DNA of 64,000 nt from an uncultured Gemmatimonadaceae bacterium (GCA_963740355.1 CAVUDW010000002.1:32001-96000); one strand, 5' to 3'. Counted from the stretch's first letter, positions 1-10,670 are shown. The notes: generated from the sequence alone by a model not told the origin. Program-made: numbers and translations.

Positions 1-845
1 TCGCCACGCGCCATCTGCTGGCGGATCACGTCGGCGCGTCGCGCCACATCGACCATTGCCGAGATCGGCGCGTCCGGATCACCGAGGGGGCGAATTTCAT
101 CCGAGGTCGCAGCCAGCACGGTCGCGAGATCCAGCACCTCGTCCGCCTCGGCAGCGTCGCCGAAGTTCAGCGTCACTGCGTGCAGTCGTCGCGCGATCTC
201 CGTCGTGAGCGCGTCCACCTGCGCTGACTCGGTCGACAGCGCATCGATGGCGATGGGCTCCGCCACCTCGACCAGCACACGCGACCGAAGTCCGTCCTTG
301 CGCTCGTAGTTGATGCCGATCGGCACGATGTTCACACCCTTCACACCGGCGTCTCGCGCCGACAACGCGATCCGTGCGGCGCCGGTCTTGATCGGTGCCA
401 GGCGTGGCTCGTCCCAGCTTCGACCTTCGGGGAAGATCAGAACCATCTGCCCTGAGGCGAGTGCGGCATGGATGGCGGCGAAGGCGTCGGCGTTGCGTGT
501 GGCATCCATCGGTGCTGCCTGCAACAGCGCCTTCTCGTCCTGCGCCCGCCGCAGCGGCACCACGCGCATGTAGCGGAGAAAGGCGCCGACGAGCGGATTG
601 CTGAAGAGTGTCGCCTTGCCTGTGAACGTGAGCTGTCGTGGAGCCACCAGCCCGGTGAAGATCGCATCCATCAATTCGTTCGGATGGTTGACGACGAGCA
701 GCGTCGGACCCGACGCCGGGATCCGCTCGACACCATCGTATTCGACATCGCGGTAGTACCATCGCACCGCTTGCCGAGCGATGCCGGCGAGCAGGCGATA
801 GCTGATGGTATCGCGCGGTGTGTCAGGTGCTGTTTCAGGTGGCAC
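1..845 (-). CDS. Lysophospholipid/glycerol-3-phosphate acyltransferase family protein (3' end runs off the window)
   Basis: Not in the ORF track. Manual minus-strand translation from GTG 845 gives ...ISYRLLAGIARQAVRWYYRDVEYDGVERIPASGPTLLVVNHPNELMD...GKATLF...FPEGRSWDEPRLAPIKTGAARIAL, which carries the HxxxxD and FPEG PlsC-type motifs. Start is uncertain. Confidence 0.85.
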   Translation of the reverse strand, partial: MPPETAPDTPRDTISYRLLAGIARQAVRWYYRDVEYDGVERIPASGPTLLVVNHPNELMDAIFTGLVAPRQLTFTGKATLFSNPLVGAFLRYMRVVPLRRAQDEKALLQAAPMDATRNADAFAAIHAALASGQMVLIFPEGRSWDEPRLAPIKTGAARIALSARDAGVKGVNIVPIGINYERKDGLRSRVLVEVAEPIAIDALSTESAQVDALTTEIARRLHAVTLNFGDAAEADEVLDLATVLAATSDEIRPLGDPDAPISAMVDVARRADVIRQQMARG

Positions 846-2238
846 TGGTGTCCGGCCGGATCGTGGCCTCGTCGGCGGCGCGTGCAGCGGCGGCGCCAGC
901 TTTCTCGTCAACCATCGTCAGCAACCAGGCGCCGATCACGAAGAACACGATCACCGAGAGGATCGCAACGCGACTGCTGCCCGCCAACTGCGCTGCGACT
1001 GCGAAGGCGAGTGGGCCAAGGATGCCACCGAACTTCTCGAAGACGCTGAAGAAGCCGAAGAACTCACCGCTCTTGTGCTTCGGAACCAGTGTCGCGAAGA
1101 GCGAACGGCTGAGCGCTTGTGTGCCACCCTGCACCAGCCCGACCACGATCGCCAGTACCCAGAAATCGCGCGCCGTTTCAAGGAAGTAGCCGTAGATGCA
1201 GATGCCGGTGTAGACCAGCAATCCAAAGAATATCGACCGTTTGGCACCGAACTTTCCCGCCAGTGAACCGAAGGCGAAGGCCGCAGGAATACCGATGAAT
1301 TGCACCAGCAGGATCGCTGCGATCAGTTGACCCTGATCGATCTTCAGTTCGGTGCCGTAGACACTCGCCATCTTGATGATGGTTTGGATGCCATCGTTGT
1401 AGATGGTGAACGCCAGCATCATCAGGAAGGCCTGCTTGTAGTCGCGCAATTCACGCAGTGTGGTCCCGAGCCGCTGGATCGAGGCGCGAATCGGCGCGGT
1501 GCGCGTCGCTTCTTCCGGCTCGAGCAATCGCGGCGGCTCGCCCACGGCGCGCAGCACTGGAATGGCGAAGGCGAGCCACCAGGCGGCGACGGCGATGAAG
1601 CTGAGTCGCACGGGGAGCGTCGCCTGCGATGGTGTAAGGCCGTCACCGTGTGGCAGGCCTACCAGCTCGGGCTTCTGGATCACGAGCAGCGAAATCGCGA
1701 GCAGCAGGCCTCCGCCCACGTAGCCCAGTGCGTACCCGGCGGTCGAGACACGATCGATTTCTGATTCGTCGGCGATGTGCGGCAGCAGCGCTTCGTAGAA
1801 CGTCATGCTGCCGGTGGCACCCGCCAGCGACAGGATGAACGTGATCGAGGCGAACACCATGTCGCCGCGCTGGATGAAGAACATGGCGGCGGTGGCGCCG
1901 GCACCGAGCAGCATGAACGCGACCAGGAACTTCTTCTTCGCCGCCTTGAAGTCGGCCAGGGCACCAAGGATCGGGGCCAGTACCGCGATCAGCACCGCAC
2001 CGATCGTGTTGACGTAGCCCCACCAGGCCGATGCACGATCGGCGTCCATGGCTGAGGCCGCGACCTTGACGAAGAAGATCGGGAAGACGGCCGTCATGAT
2101 GATCGTCTGCATCCCCGAAATGCCCCAGTCGTACATCGCCCAGGCGCGGAGTTCCTTGCGGTGCAATCCGAGCGCGCTGAGCCATTTCGACGGAGCAGCC
2201 GTGGACGTCGAACTCCCGGCAGGCGGAACGTGGGACAC
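835..2238 (-). CDS. MFS transporter (UMF1/Atg22-like family)
   Basis: 467 aa with ~12 hydrophobic segments. AWAMYDW, PILGALAD and SRSLFATLVP..SGEFFGF motifs. Confidence 0.9.
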   Translation of the reverse strand: MSHVPPAGSSTSTAAPSKWLSALGLHRKELRAWAMYDWGISGMQTIIMTAVFPIFFVKVAASAMDADRASAWWGYVNTIGAVLIAVLAPILGALADFKAAKKKFLVAFMLLGAGATAAMFFIQRGDMVFASITFILSLAGATGSMTFYEALLPHIADESEIDRVSTAGYALGYVGGGLLLAISLLVIQKPELVGLPHGDGLTPSQATLPVRLSFIAVAAWWLAFAIPVLRAVGEPPRLLEPEEATRTAPIRASIQRLGTTLRELRDYKQAFLMMLAFTIYNDGIQTIIKMASVYGTELKIDQGQLIAAILLVQFIGIPAAFAFGSLAGKFGAKRSIFFGLLVYTGICIYGYFLETARDFWVLAIVVGLVQGGTQALSRSLFATLVPKHKSGEFFGFFSVFEKFGGILGPLAFAVAAQLAGSSRVAILSVIVFFVIGAWLLTMVDEKAGAAAARAADEATIRPDTSAT

Positions 2239-2345
2239 AAAACCTCGGCGGGTAGGGGAATAGCGGGCGCGACGGAAACGGTAATCGGGCGACGGGCGAT
2301 CAGCACCGCGTTGCCGGCTGACCGGTGCACCCTATGTTTCTGCGC

Positions 2346-3338
2346 ATGGTGACACATCGTGCGTCGTTGGTGCGAGGAAGAAGCCGAGTTTCGCCTGCCA
2401 CTCTGGCCTGCGTCGCGGCGGCGGCGCTCCTCGCGGCCGGGTGCACCAAGGACCAACCGGAGCCGAAGGCGACCACCAGCCAGACGGCACCCGCGCCACT
2501 CTCGAAGCCGGTGGACTCCGCCGCGCCTGCCGCCGCAGTTCGCTGGAACGCCGCCGACGGATCGGCCATCTACGTCCCCGGCGACGGCGGCGTGGCACAG
2601 GTGATTCTGCCGCCGGTGCTGGATGACAGCGTTCCAAAACCGGCCAATGCCGTACTCCCGGCCGGCGCGGCTCCAGCCTCCGTCGATCTCTTCGCGCCAA
2701 CCGGTCGCATCGGCACGGTCTCACTGGGCGAGTTTTCAGCCTCCGCACAGCCGGAAGTGCACGAAGGCTGTGACGCCTGGCCGGTGGTTCCGCTGCGGGA
2801 GCTGGCCGGTGTCTCCACGCAGGGATGGCGACTGGCACTACAGGCCGGCGTGGCCGAGGCGATCCGTACCGATTCGATCGGCGGCATGTCGCGCAGCGAC
2901 TCGGCGCAGCTGGTGATTGCGATCAATCGCGCCGCCGCCCTGCTGCCCCTCGACAGCGCTGGCCTGCTCCGTCGCGTGCCATTCGGTGTCGCCCACGCCT
3001 ACCGAATGAAGCTGCCAGGTGACGTCGATGCGGTGGTCGCGGTGGTCGAGCGTCGCCTCAACATGGAAGCTTCGCCGAAGGTCGAGCGCAGCATTTTGGT
3101 ATTGGAGCGGGCGCCGAACGCGAAGGTCTTCAGCGCGGTCTGGCGTGACACGCAGTACGCCACCGAGGACGACCTGATTGCCGTCGACCTCTTGGGTGTG
3201 GTGCAGTTCTACGGAAGCTCCCGCCCCACGGTCTTCCTCGGCCTCGACTTCGGCGACGGTTCGCGCATCCAGATGCTGCAGCGGTCCGAAGGCGGCACCT
3301 GGACGCTTCGCTGGTCGAGCGCCTACACCGGCTGCTGA
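2346..3338 (+). CDS. Putative lipoprotein, function unknown
   Basis: Lipobox LAAGC after a hydrophobic stretch. Start placed at ATG 2346, 7 nt after a TATGTT -10-like box, with TTGCCG at 2311-2316. Confidence 0.75.
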   Translation: MVTHRASLVRGRSRVSPATLACVAAAALLAAGCTKDQPEPKATTSQTAPAPLSKPVDSAAPAAAVRWNAADGSAIYVPGDGGVAQVILPPVLDDSVPKPANAVLPAGAAPASVDLFAPTGRIGTVSLGEFSASAQPEVHEGCDAWPVVPLRELAGVSTQGWRLALQAGVAEAIRTDSIGGMSRSDSAQLVIAINRAAALLPLDSAGLLRRVPFGVAHAYRMKLPGDVDAVVAVVERRLNMEASPKVERSILVLERAPNAKVFSAVWRDTQYATEDDLIAVDLLGVVQFYGSSRPTVFLGLDFGDGSRIQMLQRSEGGTWTLRWSSAYTGC

Positions 3339-3340
3339 TC

Positions 3341-4261
3341 TCAGGCGGCGTCGGTGGCCATGCGAACCCCGAGCGCCGCCGGCGCGCGATAGCGACCCTT
3401 CGCCAAGGCCAGTGCGGCGAGCGTCAGCACATACGGCAACGCCAAGAAAATCTGGTAAGGAAGCTTCAGGTCGAGGGCTTGAAAGAGGAATTGCAGCGCG
3501 CTTGCCATGCCGAAAAGTAGCGCCGCCATCGCAGCACCAACGGGATTCCAACGACCCAGTGCAACAATCGCGATGGCGATGAACCCTCGTCCGGCAGACA
3601 TGCCTTCGGCGAACGTACCGACCTGCGCCAGCACCAGCGTTCCACCGGCCAACCCGCCACAGAGCCCGCCAAAGAGTGCGCCGATCGTCTGCACACGCCG
3701 CGGCGAGATTCCCGACGCGCGGGCGGCTGCGGGGTTCTCGCCAACGGCTCGTAGCGAGAGGCCGGCCTGCGTGCGGTAGAGCCACCACCAGATGATGGGC
3801 ACCAGTAGAGCTGCCATGTAGGTGGGAAGCGGTTGCAGGAACAGGGCGTGACCGATCACCGGGATGTCCTGCAACAACGGAATGCCGATCGGTGCGAGGG
3901 TCGGCGTCGTCAGTGCGGCACCCGAGTCACCGTACAACACACGATACAGGGTGCCGGTCAGGCCCAGCCCGAGCATCGTGATCGCGGTACCGGTGATGAT
4001 CTGGTCGGCGGCGAGGCCGATGGCGACGATCACAAAAATCATCGCAATCACCACGCCCGATGCCCCTGCCACCAACAGCCCAAACTCGGCACCGAAGGCG
4101 TTCGAGGCGGTCAGGCCAGCGAGGCAGCCGACGATGATCGCCCCCTCGAGACCGACATTGATGACACCGCTGCGTTCAGCCACCGTCTCGCCCAGTGCCG
4201 CGAGGAGCAGCGGCGTGGCGTTGCGTACGGACGCGTCGAGGAAATCGGCGAGCGCGCTCAT
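3341..4261 (-). CDS. Nucleoside/simple-sugar ABC transporter permease
   Basis: MSALADFL start overlaps the upstream stop. ERSGVINVGLEG, LRAVGENP and GRGFIAIAIV motifs. Confidence 0.9.
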   Translation of the reverse strand: MSALADFLDASVRNATPLLLAALGETVAERSGVINVGLEGAIIVGCLAGLTASNAFGAEFGLLVAGASGVVIAMIFVIVAIGLAADQIITGTAITMLGLGLTGTLYRVLYGDSGAALTTPTLAPIGIPLLQDIPVIGHALFLQPLPTYMAALLVPIIWWWLYRTQAGLSLRAVGENPAAARASGISPRRVQTIGALFGGLCGGLAGGTLVLAQVGTFAEGMSAGRGFIAIAIVALGRWNPVGAAMAALLFGMASALQFLFQALDLKLPYQIFLALPYVLTLAALALAKGRYRAPAALGVRMATDAA

Positions 4262-5395
4262 CGGGTGAACTCGCCGGTGGCGGCGGTGCTCAGTGGCAGG
4301 GAGGTGGAGCCGGGAGCACTGCTCGATTCGTCGGGGGTACGCGGGGTCCCCCCCCGATTCAATGATCGCGCCGCACCCACGCGTGTTGCAATCCATTCCG
4401 ACGCCAGCAACACCAGAATCACGCTCGCCTCCACCACACTCACCATCCCCGCCGGCACCTGCGCATCTCGCTGCATCGCCGTCGCGCCGGCCTCCAATGC
4501 ACCAAACACCACCGCCGACCCGATCGCCGACGCCGGATTGAGTCGCGCCAGCAGCGCCACCGCGATCGCCGTGTAGCCATAGCCAGGCGAGAGGTTTTCG
4601 TACAAGGCATAGGTGACACCCGTCACCTCCACGGCGCCGCCAAGTCCGGCCAACGCACCGCTGGTGATGAACGCCATCATCGTCACCCGCGTGACATCGA
4701 TTCCACCAGCACTCGCTGCAGCCCGACTGTTCGCCCCAGTCATCCGCAAGCGAAAGCCTGGCGCCGTGGCACGAAGGAACCACGCCATGCCGAGTGCCGT
4801 CGCCACCGCCAGTGCGACACCGGCGTGCAGGCGCGTGCCGGGGAAGATCCGAGGCAGGCGGAGCGCCGCATCAAGCAGCGATGACTGCGGAAAGGTGCGC
4901 GTCGGCTCCTGCAGCGGTCCGCGTACCAGCAGGCCGGTGATGTGCAACATGATCACGTTCAACATGATGGTGCTGATCACTTCCAGTACGCCGAATCGCA
5001 CGCGAAGCAGCGCCGCAATCGAGGCCCACGCACCACCAGCCAACACGCCGGCGCACAATGCCAGCAGCAATCCAAACACGCCCAAGCGCTGGTGACACGG
5101 TGACCGCCACTGCAGTGGCCGCGGCGGCACCAGCAAGCAACTGCCCTTCCGCGCCGATGTTCAGAATACCGGCTCGAAATGCAATGGCCACGGCGAGGCC
5201 AGCAAAAAGAAGCGGTGTCGCACGCACCAGCGTGCCGGATGCGATCACTGACCACGACCCGAACGTGCCTTGCCAGAGCGCCGAGAGCGACGTGCCGACC
5301 GGATATCCACTCGCTGCCAGTAGTGCCGCGAGGACGAGAACTGACAACGCTCCCGCCAATACCGGTTCCAGCAGACCACGCAGCAGGCGTTTCAC
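4258..5395 (-). CDS. Nucleoside ABC transporter permease, split by a +1 frameshift near 5081-5083
   Basis: ORF 4871..5395 supplies the N-half (RATPLLF..FRAGILNIGAEGQ) and ORF 4258..5136 the C-half (EVISTIMLN..GYGYTAIAVALLARLNP). Span is 1138 nt = 3n+1. Confidence 0.85.
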
Positions 5396-6846
5396 GCGGC
5401 ACCACCAGCGAGCATCGCTCGGCCGACCGTTTCACGATCACCGCGCACTTCGCTCACGCGTCCTGCCGCGACCACCAAGACGCGATCGGCCAATGCCAAG
5501 ACTTCGTCTAGATCACTGGAATAGACGATGACCGCTGTGCCAGCATCGCGAGCCGTTCGCAGCGCATGGTGCACATCCGACGTGGCGCGGATGTCGAGGC
5601 CGCGGGTCGGGTTCTCGACGATCAACGCCGCTGGATCACCCGCCAGCTCCCGGCCCAGCACGAGTTTCTGTTGGTTGCCGCCTGAGAGCGTCCGCATCGG
5701 GACCGACTCGCTGGAGGCGCGCACGTCGCGCAGCTGCATCATGCTGGTGGTCGCAGCGCGCAAAGTGGGCCAGTCCATCAGGCCACGACGCTTGGCAGCT
5801 CCACGTAGCGCGACATTCTCCGTCAGCGTCGCGTCGAGTACGACCGCTTCACGATGGCGATCCTCCGGCACGAAACCGATCGCCGCTGGAATGGTCGCCG
5901 TCCCGCGTACGGGTTGCTGGCGGCCGGCAAGGATGCGCAGCAGTTCGCGCTGTCCGGCTCCTTCCACTGCGGCGATGCCAACCATCTCACCGGCATGAAT
6001 CGTCAACGACACGTCGAGCAGCCGCTCGATGCCATTGTCGTCATTCGCCGACACCTTCGTGAGTTCGAGCACGGCTGAGGTGTTCGGTCGTGCCTTCGCA
6101 AGGCGGGGCTTTGGCACTGTGCGCGCGGTGGAATCACCCAGCATCGCATCCGCCAGCGTCGTTTCCGTGACGTCGGCTGCGTTGGCCGTGAGCACCGTGC
6201 GACCCTTGCGGAGCACGGTGATGCGATCGGCCACGCTCAGCACTTCGCGCAGCTTGTGCGCAATCAGGATCACCGTGCCGCCACTGTCGGCAAAACGACG
6301 CGTCCACCCAAGTAGCTCTTCGGATTCACTGGGAGAGAGAACGGCGGTCGGTTCGTCGAGAATCAGGATGCTGGTGCGACGCGCCAGCGACTTGATGATC
6401 TCCAGCCGCTGCTGAGCACTGACAGCGAGGTCCGCCACGCGCGCCTCGACATCGATCGCGAGTCCGGACTCCTCGCTGATCCGCCGGATCAGTTGGCTCG
6501 TCTCGGCGAGGTCGAGGCGACCAGGCAAACCGAGCGCCACGTTTTCGGTCACCGTCATTGCTTCGACGAGTGCGAAGTGTTGCTGCACCATGCCGATGCC
6601 ACGCGCCATCGCATCCCGCGGGGAGCGGAAGCTCGTGCGCACACCGTCGATCGCGATGGACCCTGCATTCGGCTGCTCGAGGCCGAATGCGATCTTCATC
6701 AGCGTCGACTTCCCCGCCCCATTCTCACCGAGCAGCGCATGCACCTCGCCCGATGCTACGGCGAGTATGGCGTCGTCGAGGGCGATCACAGGACCGTACT
6801 GTCGCTTGATCGCCTCGAGCGTCAAGCGAGGCGCCGGCGTCGTCAC
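5392..6846 (-). CDS. Nucleoside/sugar ABC transporter ATP-binding protein (two NBDs)
   Basis: GENGAGKST Walker A, LILDEPT, LSGGNQQK. Confidence 0.93.
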   Translation of the reverse strand: MTTPAPRLTLEAIKRQYGPVIALDDAILAVASGEVHALLGENGAGKSTLMKIAFGLEQPNAGSIAIDGVRTSFRSPRDAMARGIGMVQQHFALVEAMTVTENVALGLPGRLDLAETSQLIRRISEESGLAIDVEARVADLAVSAQQRLEIIKSLARRTSILILDEPTAVLSPSESEELLGWTRRFADSGGTVILIAHKLREVLSVADRITVLRKGRTVLTANAADVTETTLADAMLGDSTARTVPKPRLAKARPNTSAVLELTKVSANDDNGIERLLDVSLTIHAGEMVGIAAVEGAGQRELLRILAGRQQPVRGTATIPAAIGFVPEDRHREAVVLDATLTENVALRGAAKRRGLMDWPTLRAATTSMMQLRDVRASSESVPMRTLSGGNQQKLVLGRELAGDPAALIVENPTRGLDIRATSDVHHALRTARDAGTAVIVYSSDLDEVLALADRVLVVAAGRVSEVRGDRETVGRAMLAGGAA

Positions 6847-7634
6847 AGGCCGGTCGGTGCCGGAAGGAAGAGCCAGGGCAGGTGCCAGCGCTCGCCGATC
6901 TCCTGCGCCAGTCGCGTCACACCCAACGTTTCGGTGGCGTAGTGGCCGCAGTACATCACCACCACGCCGGACTCCTCTGCGTCGACGGCGGTGTGATGCG
7001 GCCCCTCGCCGACGATCAGCGTGTCGGCACCGATGGACTCGGCCTCACGCATCGACTCGGATGACGCGCCGCCACCGGTGCAGATCGCAACGCGACGCGT
7101 GACGCGATCATGTGCGTGGGGCGTGATCACCGCGTGGTGTGCATGGCTGTGCGCGAATGCGCGCGCGCGTTCGGCGAGTGTCGCGGTCGGGATCGTGGTA
7201 TCGGCAACGACGCCGATGGGCGTGCCCTTGTACGGCAGCCAGGTGGATGTTGGTACGAGATCGAGTGCGCGTGCCAGCAGCACGTTGTTGCCGAGCGTTG
7301 CGTGTCGGTCGAGCGGCAGGTGCGAGCTGTAGACGGCGATGTCGTTGTCGAGCAGCAACTTCAGCTTGCGATGATGTGCGCCGCGGATTGGTTGGGCACC
7401 GGCCCAGAAGAGACCGTGATGCACGAGGAGCAGGTTTGCGCCGGCATCGACTGCCTGTTCCACGCTCCGCAGGGATGCATCGACTGCTGCGGCGACACGA
7501 CGCACTGGGCCCGCATGATCGACCTGGAGCCCATTCTGGGCGCCGGAGTAGTCGGGTGTGGTTGCGGTCTGGAGGACATCATCGAGCCAGCCGACGATGT
7601 CCGGGAGTGAGGCGGTCGCCATTGGTGCAGTCAC
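6843..7634 (-). CDS. Nif3-like dinuclear metal-centre protein (YbgI / GTP cyclohydrolase 1 type 2 homolog)
   Basis: NGLQV, LLVHHGLFW, SSHLPLDRH, GHYATE motifs. Confidence 0.92.
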   Translation of the reverse strand: MTAPMATASLPDIVGWLDDVLQTATTPDYSGAQNGLQVDHAGPVRRVAAAVDASLRSVEQAVDAGANLLLVHHGLFWAGAQPIRGAHHRKLKLLLDNDIAVYSSHLPLDRHATLGNNVLLARALDLVPTSTWLPYKGTPIGVVADTTIPTATLAERARAFAHSHAHHAVITPHAHDRVTRRVAICTGGGASSESMREAESIGADTLIVGEGPHHTAVDAEESGVVVMYCGHYATETLGVTRLAQEIGERWHLPWLFLPAPTGL

Positions 7635-8677
7635 TTTGCCGGCGCAGCGGTCGGCGGTACGGGAGCGGAGAACGTACCGGCCACGAGTTGCTTCGTGACC
7701 GAATCGACCGCGGCCAGCGCCGACGCCGGGATGCTGTTGCGGAGCGCGGGGTTGAGCACCAGTCGAACGACGTCGGTCTTCATGCCGAGTGAGATGACTC
7801 GTGGCTTGAAGGTGCCCGCCTGGATCTCCTTTGCGACCAGCAGGAAGGCGTGCGGTAGATCGATGACGACGCTGCCGATGACGACTTCGGGTGCGACGTT
7901 GTTCTGGTCGCTATTCGCGCCAAATACTCGGACGTTCTTGGATTGCCGAGCCGCCTGGAAGATTCCCAGGCCGGCGGCGTCGGCGTTTTGGAAGATGACG
8001 TCAGCGCCGCGTCCGATCTGTGCGAGGGCCTGTTCCTTACCGGCGCTGGCGTCGTCCCAGTTGCCGATGTAGGAGGTGATGACCTTGACTGACGGGTTGA
8101 CCGACTTTGCGCCGGCTTCGTAGGCGTAGAAGCTGCGGCGGACCGGGGGGATTTCCTGGCCGCCGATGGCGCCGATGGTGCCGGTCTTGGTGGTGGCTCC
8201 GGCGATGATGCCGGCGAGGTAGGCACCGTCCTCGAACGCGAACTCCAGTCCGGCGATGTTGGGTCCCGTCTGGTTGCCTGAGGTCGTGACGTAGAACGTT
8301 TTCGGGAAATCCGGTCCGATGCGTTGTGCGGCGTCCTGGTATTCGAAGCCGTGGCCGATGACCAGCGAGTAGCCCTGTTCGCCGTAGAGGCGGAAGTTCT
8401 CGTCGAACTCAGCCGGTGTCTTCGTTTGGATGTGGCTGATCCGAGCACCGAGCGAGTCCTTGATCCGCTGGAGACCAGCGTAGGCGCCGCCGTTCCACGC
8501 CTGGTCCGAGATCGGGCCTGGGGTGAGGAGGGCGACGCTGAGGGCTGCCGGCTTGGCGGCGGCCGTGTCGGCTGATTTGGACCCGCTCGGTCCGCAGGCG
8601 GCGGCAAGGAACGCCATCGCGAGTGCCGAAAATGTGGAAAACCGGGTCAGAAACCCGGTTCCAGATGCGTAAGTCAT
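7631..8677 (-). CDS. BMP-family ABC substrate-binding lipoprotein (nucleoside-type)
   Basis: Lipobox LAAAC. DQAWN, GHGFEY and GADVIFQNA motifs. Confidence 0.9.
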   Translation of the reverse strand: MTYASGTGFLTRFSTFSALAMAFLAAACGPSGSKSADTAAAKPAALSVALLTPGPISDQAWNGGAYAGLQRIKDSLGARISHIQTKTPAEFDENFRLYGEQGYSLVIGHGFEYQDAAQRIGPDFPKTFYVTTSGNQTGPNIAGLEFAFEDGAYLAGIIAGATTKTGTIGAIGGQEIPPVRRSFYAYEAGAKSVNPSVKVITSYIGNWDDASAGKEQALAQIGRGADVIFQNADAAGLGIFQAARQSKNVRVFGANSDQNNVAPEVVIGSVVIDLPHAFLLVAKEIQAGTFKPRVISLGMKTDVVRLVLNPALRNSIPASALAAVDSVTKQLVAGTFSAPVPPTAAPAK

Positions 8678-8754
8678 TGTGATATAATGAGTTACAGTGT
8701 TGTGTAGAACCTTGAGGTTCTCTACACGCGCGTTTTTGGAGCCAGCGTCGGCTA

Positions 8755-9681
8755 TTAGGACTCAGCGCCGAGTATCAGGTCGAGCACACGAGCCAGATCG
8801 TCGTTCGAGTAGAAGTGGATACGGAGTTCGCCCTTCGTGTTCTTGCCTTTGCTGAGGTGAACGCCGACGTCCGTCTGAAGGTGTCTGCGGAGCCGGTCTT
8901 CGATGCTGCGGGCTTCGGCTGAGGCGGGGGTTCGTGGCTTAGTGGCGGTCGATTTCGTGTTGTGTTTACTGCCTGGTGCCGCTTGTACGCGTCGTTCGAT
9001 GTCTCGGACGCTCAGTCCCTGGCTGGCCGCTTCTCGTGCGAGTTCGATCATCGCGCGTTCGTCACCCAATCCGAGGATCGCGCGCGCATGGCCGAGGCTG
9101 ATAGCGCCATCGCCGAGGAGTCGTCGGACGGCGGCCGGGAGCTGGAGGAGCCGGAGCAGGTTGGCGACCGTCGAGCGGTCCTTGCCGACCACTTCTCCGA
9201 CCTGGGTGTGTGAGAGCGCGAACTCGTCGACGAGGCGCTTGTAGCCTTCGGCTTCCTCGAGCGGGTTGAGATCGCTGCGTTGCAGGTTCTCGATCAGCGC
9301 GAGGGTGAGGAGCGTCTTGTCGTCGATCGATCGGACCACGGCCGGGATTTCGGTCCAACCGAGTGCGGTTGCGGCGCGGAAGCGTCGTTCGCCGGCGATC
9401 AGCTCGAAGCCTGTGCCGTTGGGTGCGGGGCGCAGCGTGATCGGCTGCAGCAGTCCGGACGCCTTGAGCGAGGCCTGGAGTTCGGAGAGTTCTTCGAGCT
9501 TGAACTCTTTCCGCGGCTGGTACGGGTTGGGTCGGATTTCGTTCAGTCGGACGTTTTGCAGTCCGGCGATCGGCGTCGTGTCGGCGGATGGCGCGTTGCC
9601 TGTGTTGCGCGGCTCCGGGGCTTTCATCGCGAGGAGCGCTTCGAGTCCGCGTCCGAGGCGTCGGGGTTGTTCGGGGGGCAT
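8755..9681 (-). CDS. parB: Chromosome partitioning protein ParB (Spo0J)
   Basis: RLGRGLEALL, PNPYQPRK, LIAGERRFRA, ENLQRSDLNPLEEA, HTH KDRSTVANLLRLL. Start set to ATG 9681. Confidence 0.96.
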   Translation of the reverse strand: MPPEQPRRLGRGLEALLAMKAPEPRNTGNAPSADTTPIAGLQNVRLNEIRPNPYQPRKEFKLEELSELQASLKASGLLQPITLRPAPNGTGFELIAGERRFRAATALGWTEIPAVVRSIDDKTLLTLALIENLQRSDLNPLEEAEGYKRLVDEFALSHTQVGEVVGKDRSTVANLLRLLQLPAAVRRLLGDGAISLGHARAILGLGDERAMIELAREAASQGLSVRDIERRVQAAPGSKHNTKSTATKPRTPASAEARSIEDRLRRHLQTDVGVHLSKGKNTKGELRIHFYSNDDLARVLDLILGAES

Positions 9682-9743
9682 GGTCGGGATCCTTTGCGTC
9701 GTCGTGCTGGCGCGGTCTGGTGTTGTGAAGCGGTGATCGCGGG

Positions 9744-10556
9744 TCAGCGGTCGGCGCGACGGGCAGGTCCGGTGCTTTCTGGCTTGGCGGAGCGGTGTCG
9801 TGCGATCAGTTCCTTGGCGACGGCCATGTACGCTTGTGCGCCGACGGAGGCGAGGTCGTAGAGGATGATCGGTTTGCCGAATGATGGGGCTTCGGCCAGT
9901 CGGACGTTTCGCGGGATGACGCTTTCGAAGACTTTCGGGCCGAAGTATTCGCGGGCGTCGGTGGCGACCTGTCGGGAGAGGTTCAATCGGGCGTCGTACA
10001 TGGTGAGCAGGACGCCGTCGATTCCCAAGGCCGGGTTCACGTTCCGCTGGACCAGGTGGACCGTATTGAGGAGCTGGGACAGTCCTTCGAGGGCGTAGTA
10101 CTCGCACTGGACCGGGATGAGGAGCGCATCGGCGGCGGCGAGCATGTTGACCGTGATCAGTCCCAGCGACGGCGGGCAGTCGATGAGGATGTAGTCGTAT
10201 TCATCCCGGACCAGGGCGACGGCCTTCCGCATCATGCCTTCACGTTCTTCCCGGTCGACCAGTTCGACTTCGGCGCCGGCCAGGTCGGCGGTAGCGGCGA
10301 GGACGTCGAGGGTTGGGAACTGGACGTGTTTGTGTCGGGCGCTGGCGATGGAGCTTTCGCCGATGAGGACGTCGTAGGTCGTTTGTGTGACGTCGTCGCG
10401 CGAGATGCCGATGCCGGAGGTGGCGTTGCCTTGCGGGTCGCCGTCGATGAGCAGCGTGCGCTGTTCGGCGACCGCCAGGCTGGCGGCGAGGTTGACTGCG
10501 GTGGTGGTCTTGCCCACCCCGCCCTTCTGATTCGCGATCGCTATGACTCGAGCCAC
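9744..10556 (-). CDS. parA: Chromosome partitioning ATPase ParA (Soj)
   Basis: NQKGGVGKTTT, DPQGNATSG, IDCPPSLG, IPRNVRLAEAPSFG. Start GTG 10556. Confidence 0.96.
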   Translation of the reverse strand: MARVIAIANQKGGVGKTTTAVNLAASLAVAEQRTLLIDGDPQGNATSGIGISRDDVTQTTYDVLIGESSIASARHKHVQFPTLDVLAATADLAGAEVELVDREEREGMMRKAVALVRDEYDYILIDCPPSLGLITVNMLAAADALLIPVQCEYYALEGLSQLLNTVHLVQRNVNPALGIDGVLLTMYDARLNLSRQVATDAREYFGPKVFESVIPRNVRLAEAPSFGKPIILYDLASVGAQAYMAVAKELIARHRSAKPESTGPARRADR

Positions 10557-10632
10557 TGGTAGGTGCGGCGAGGGAGGAGATTGACCTGCGCCGAATATAC
10601 TCGCCGGCAACAGGACGGGCGGTGCAAGCAGC

Positions 10633-10648
10633 AGTTTCACGTGAAACA
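10633..10648. promoter_or_regulatory. parS site 1
   Basis: AGTTTCACGTGAAACA, 1 mismatch to the parS consensus TGTTTCACGTGAAACA, directly upstream of parA. Confidence 0.92.
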
Positions 10649-10670
10649 CCCGCGCCGACCAGCTCGGTAC

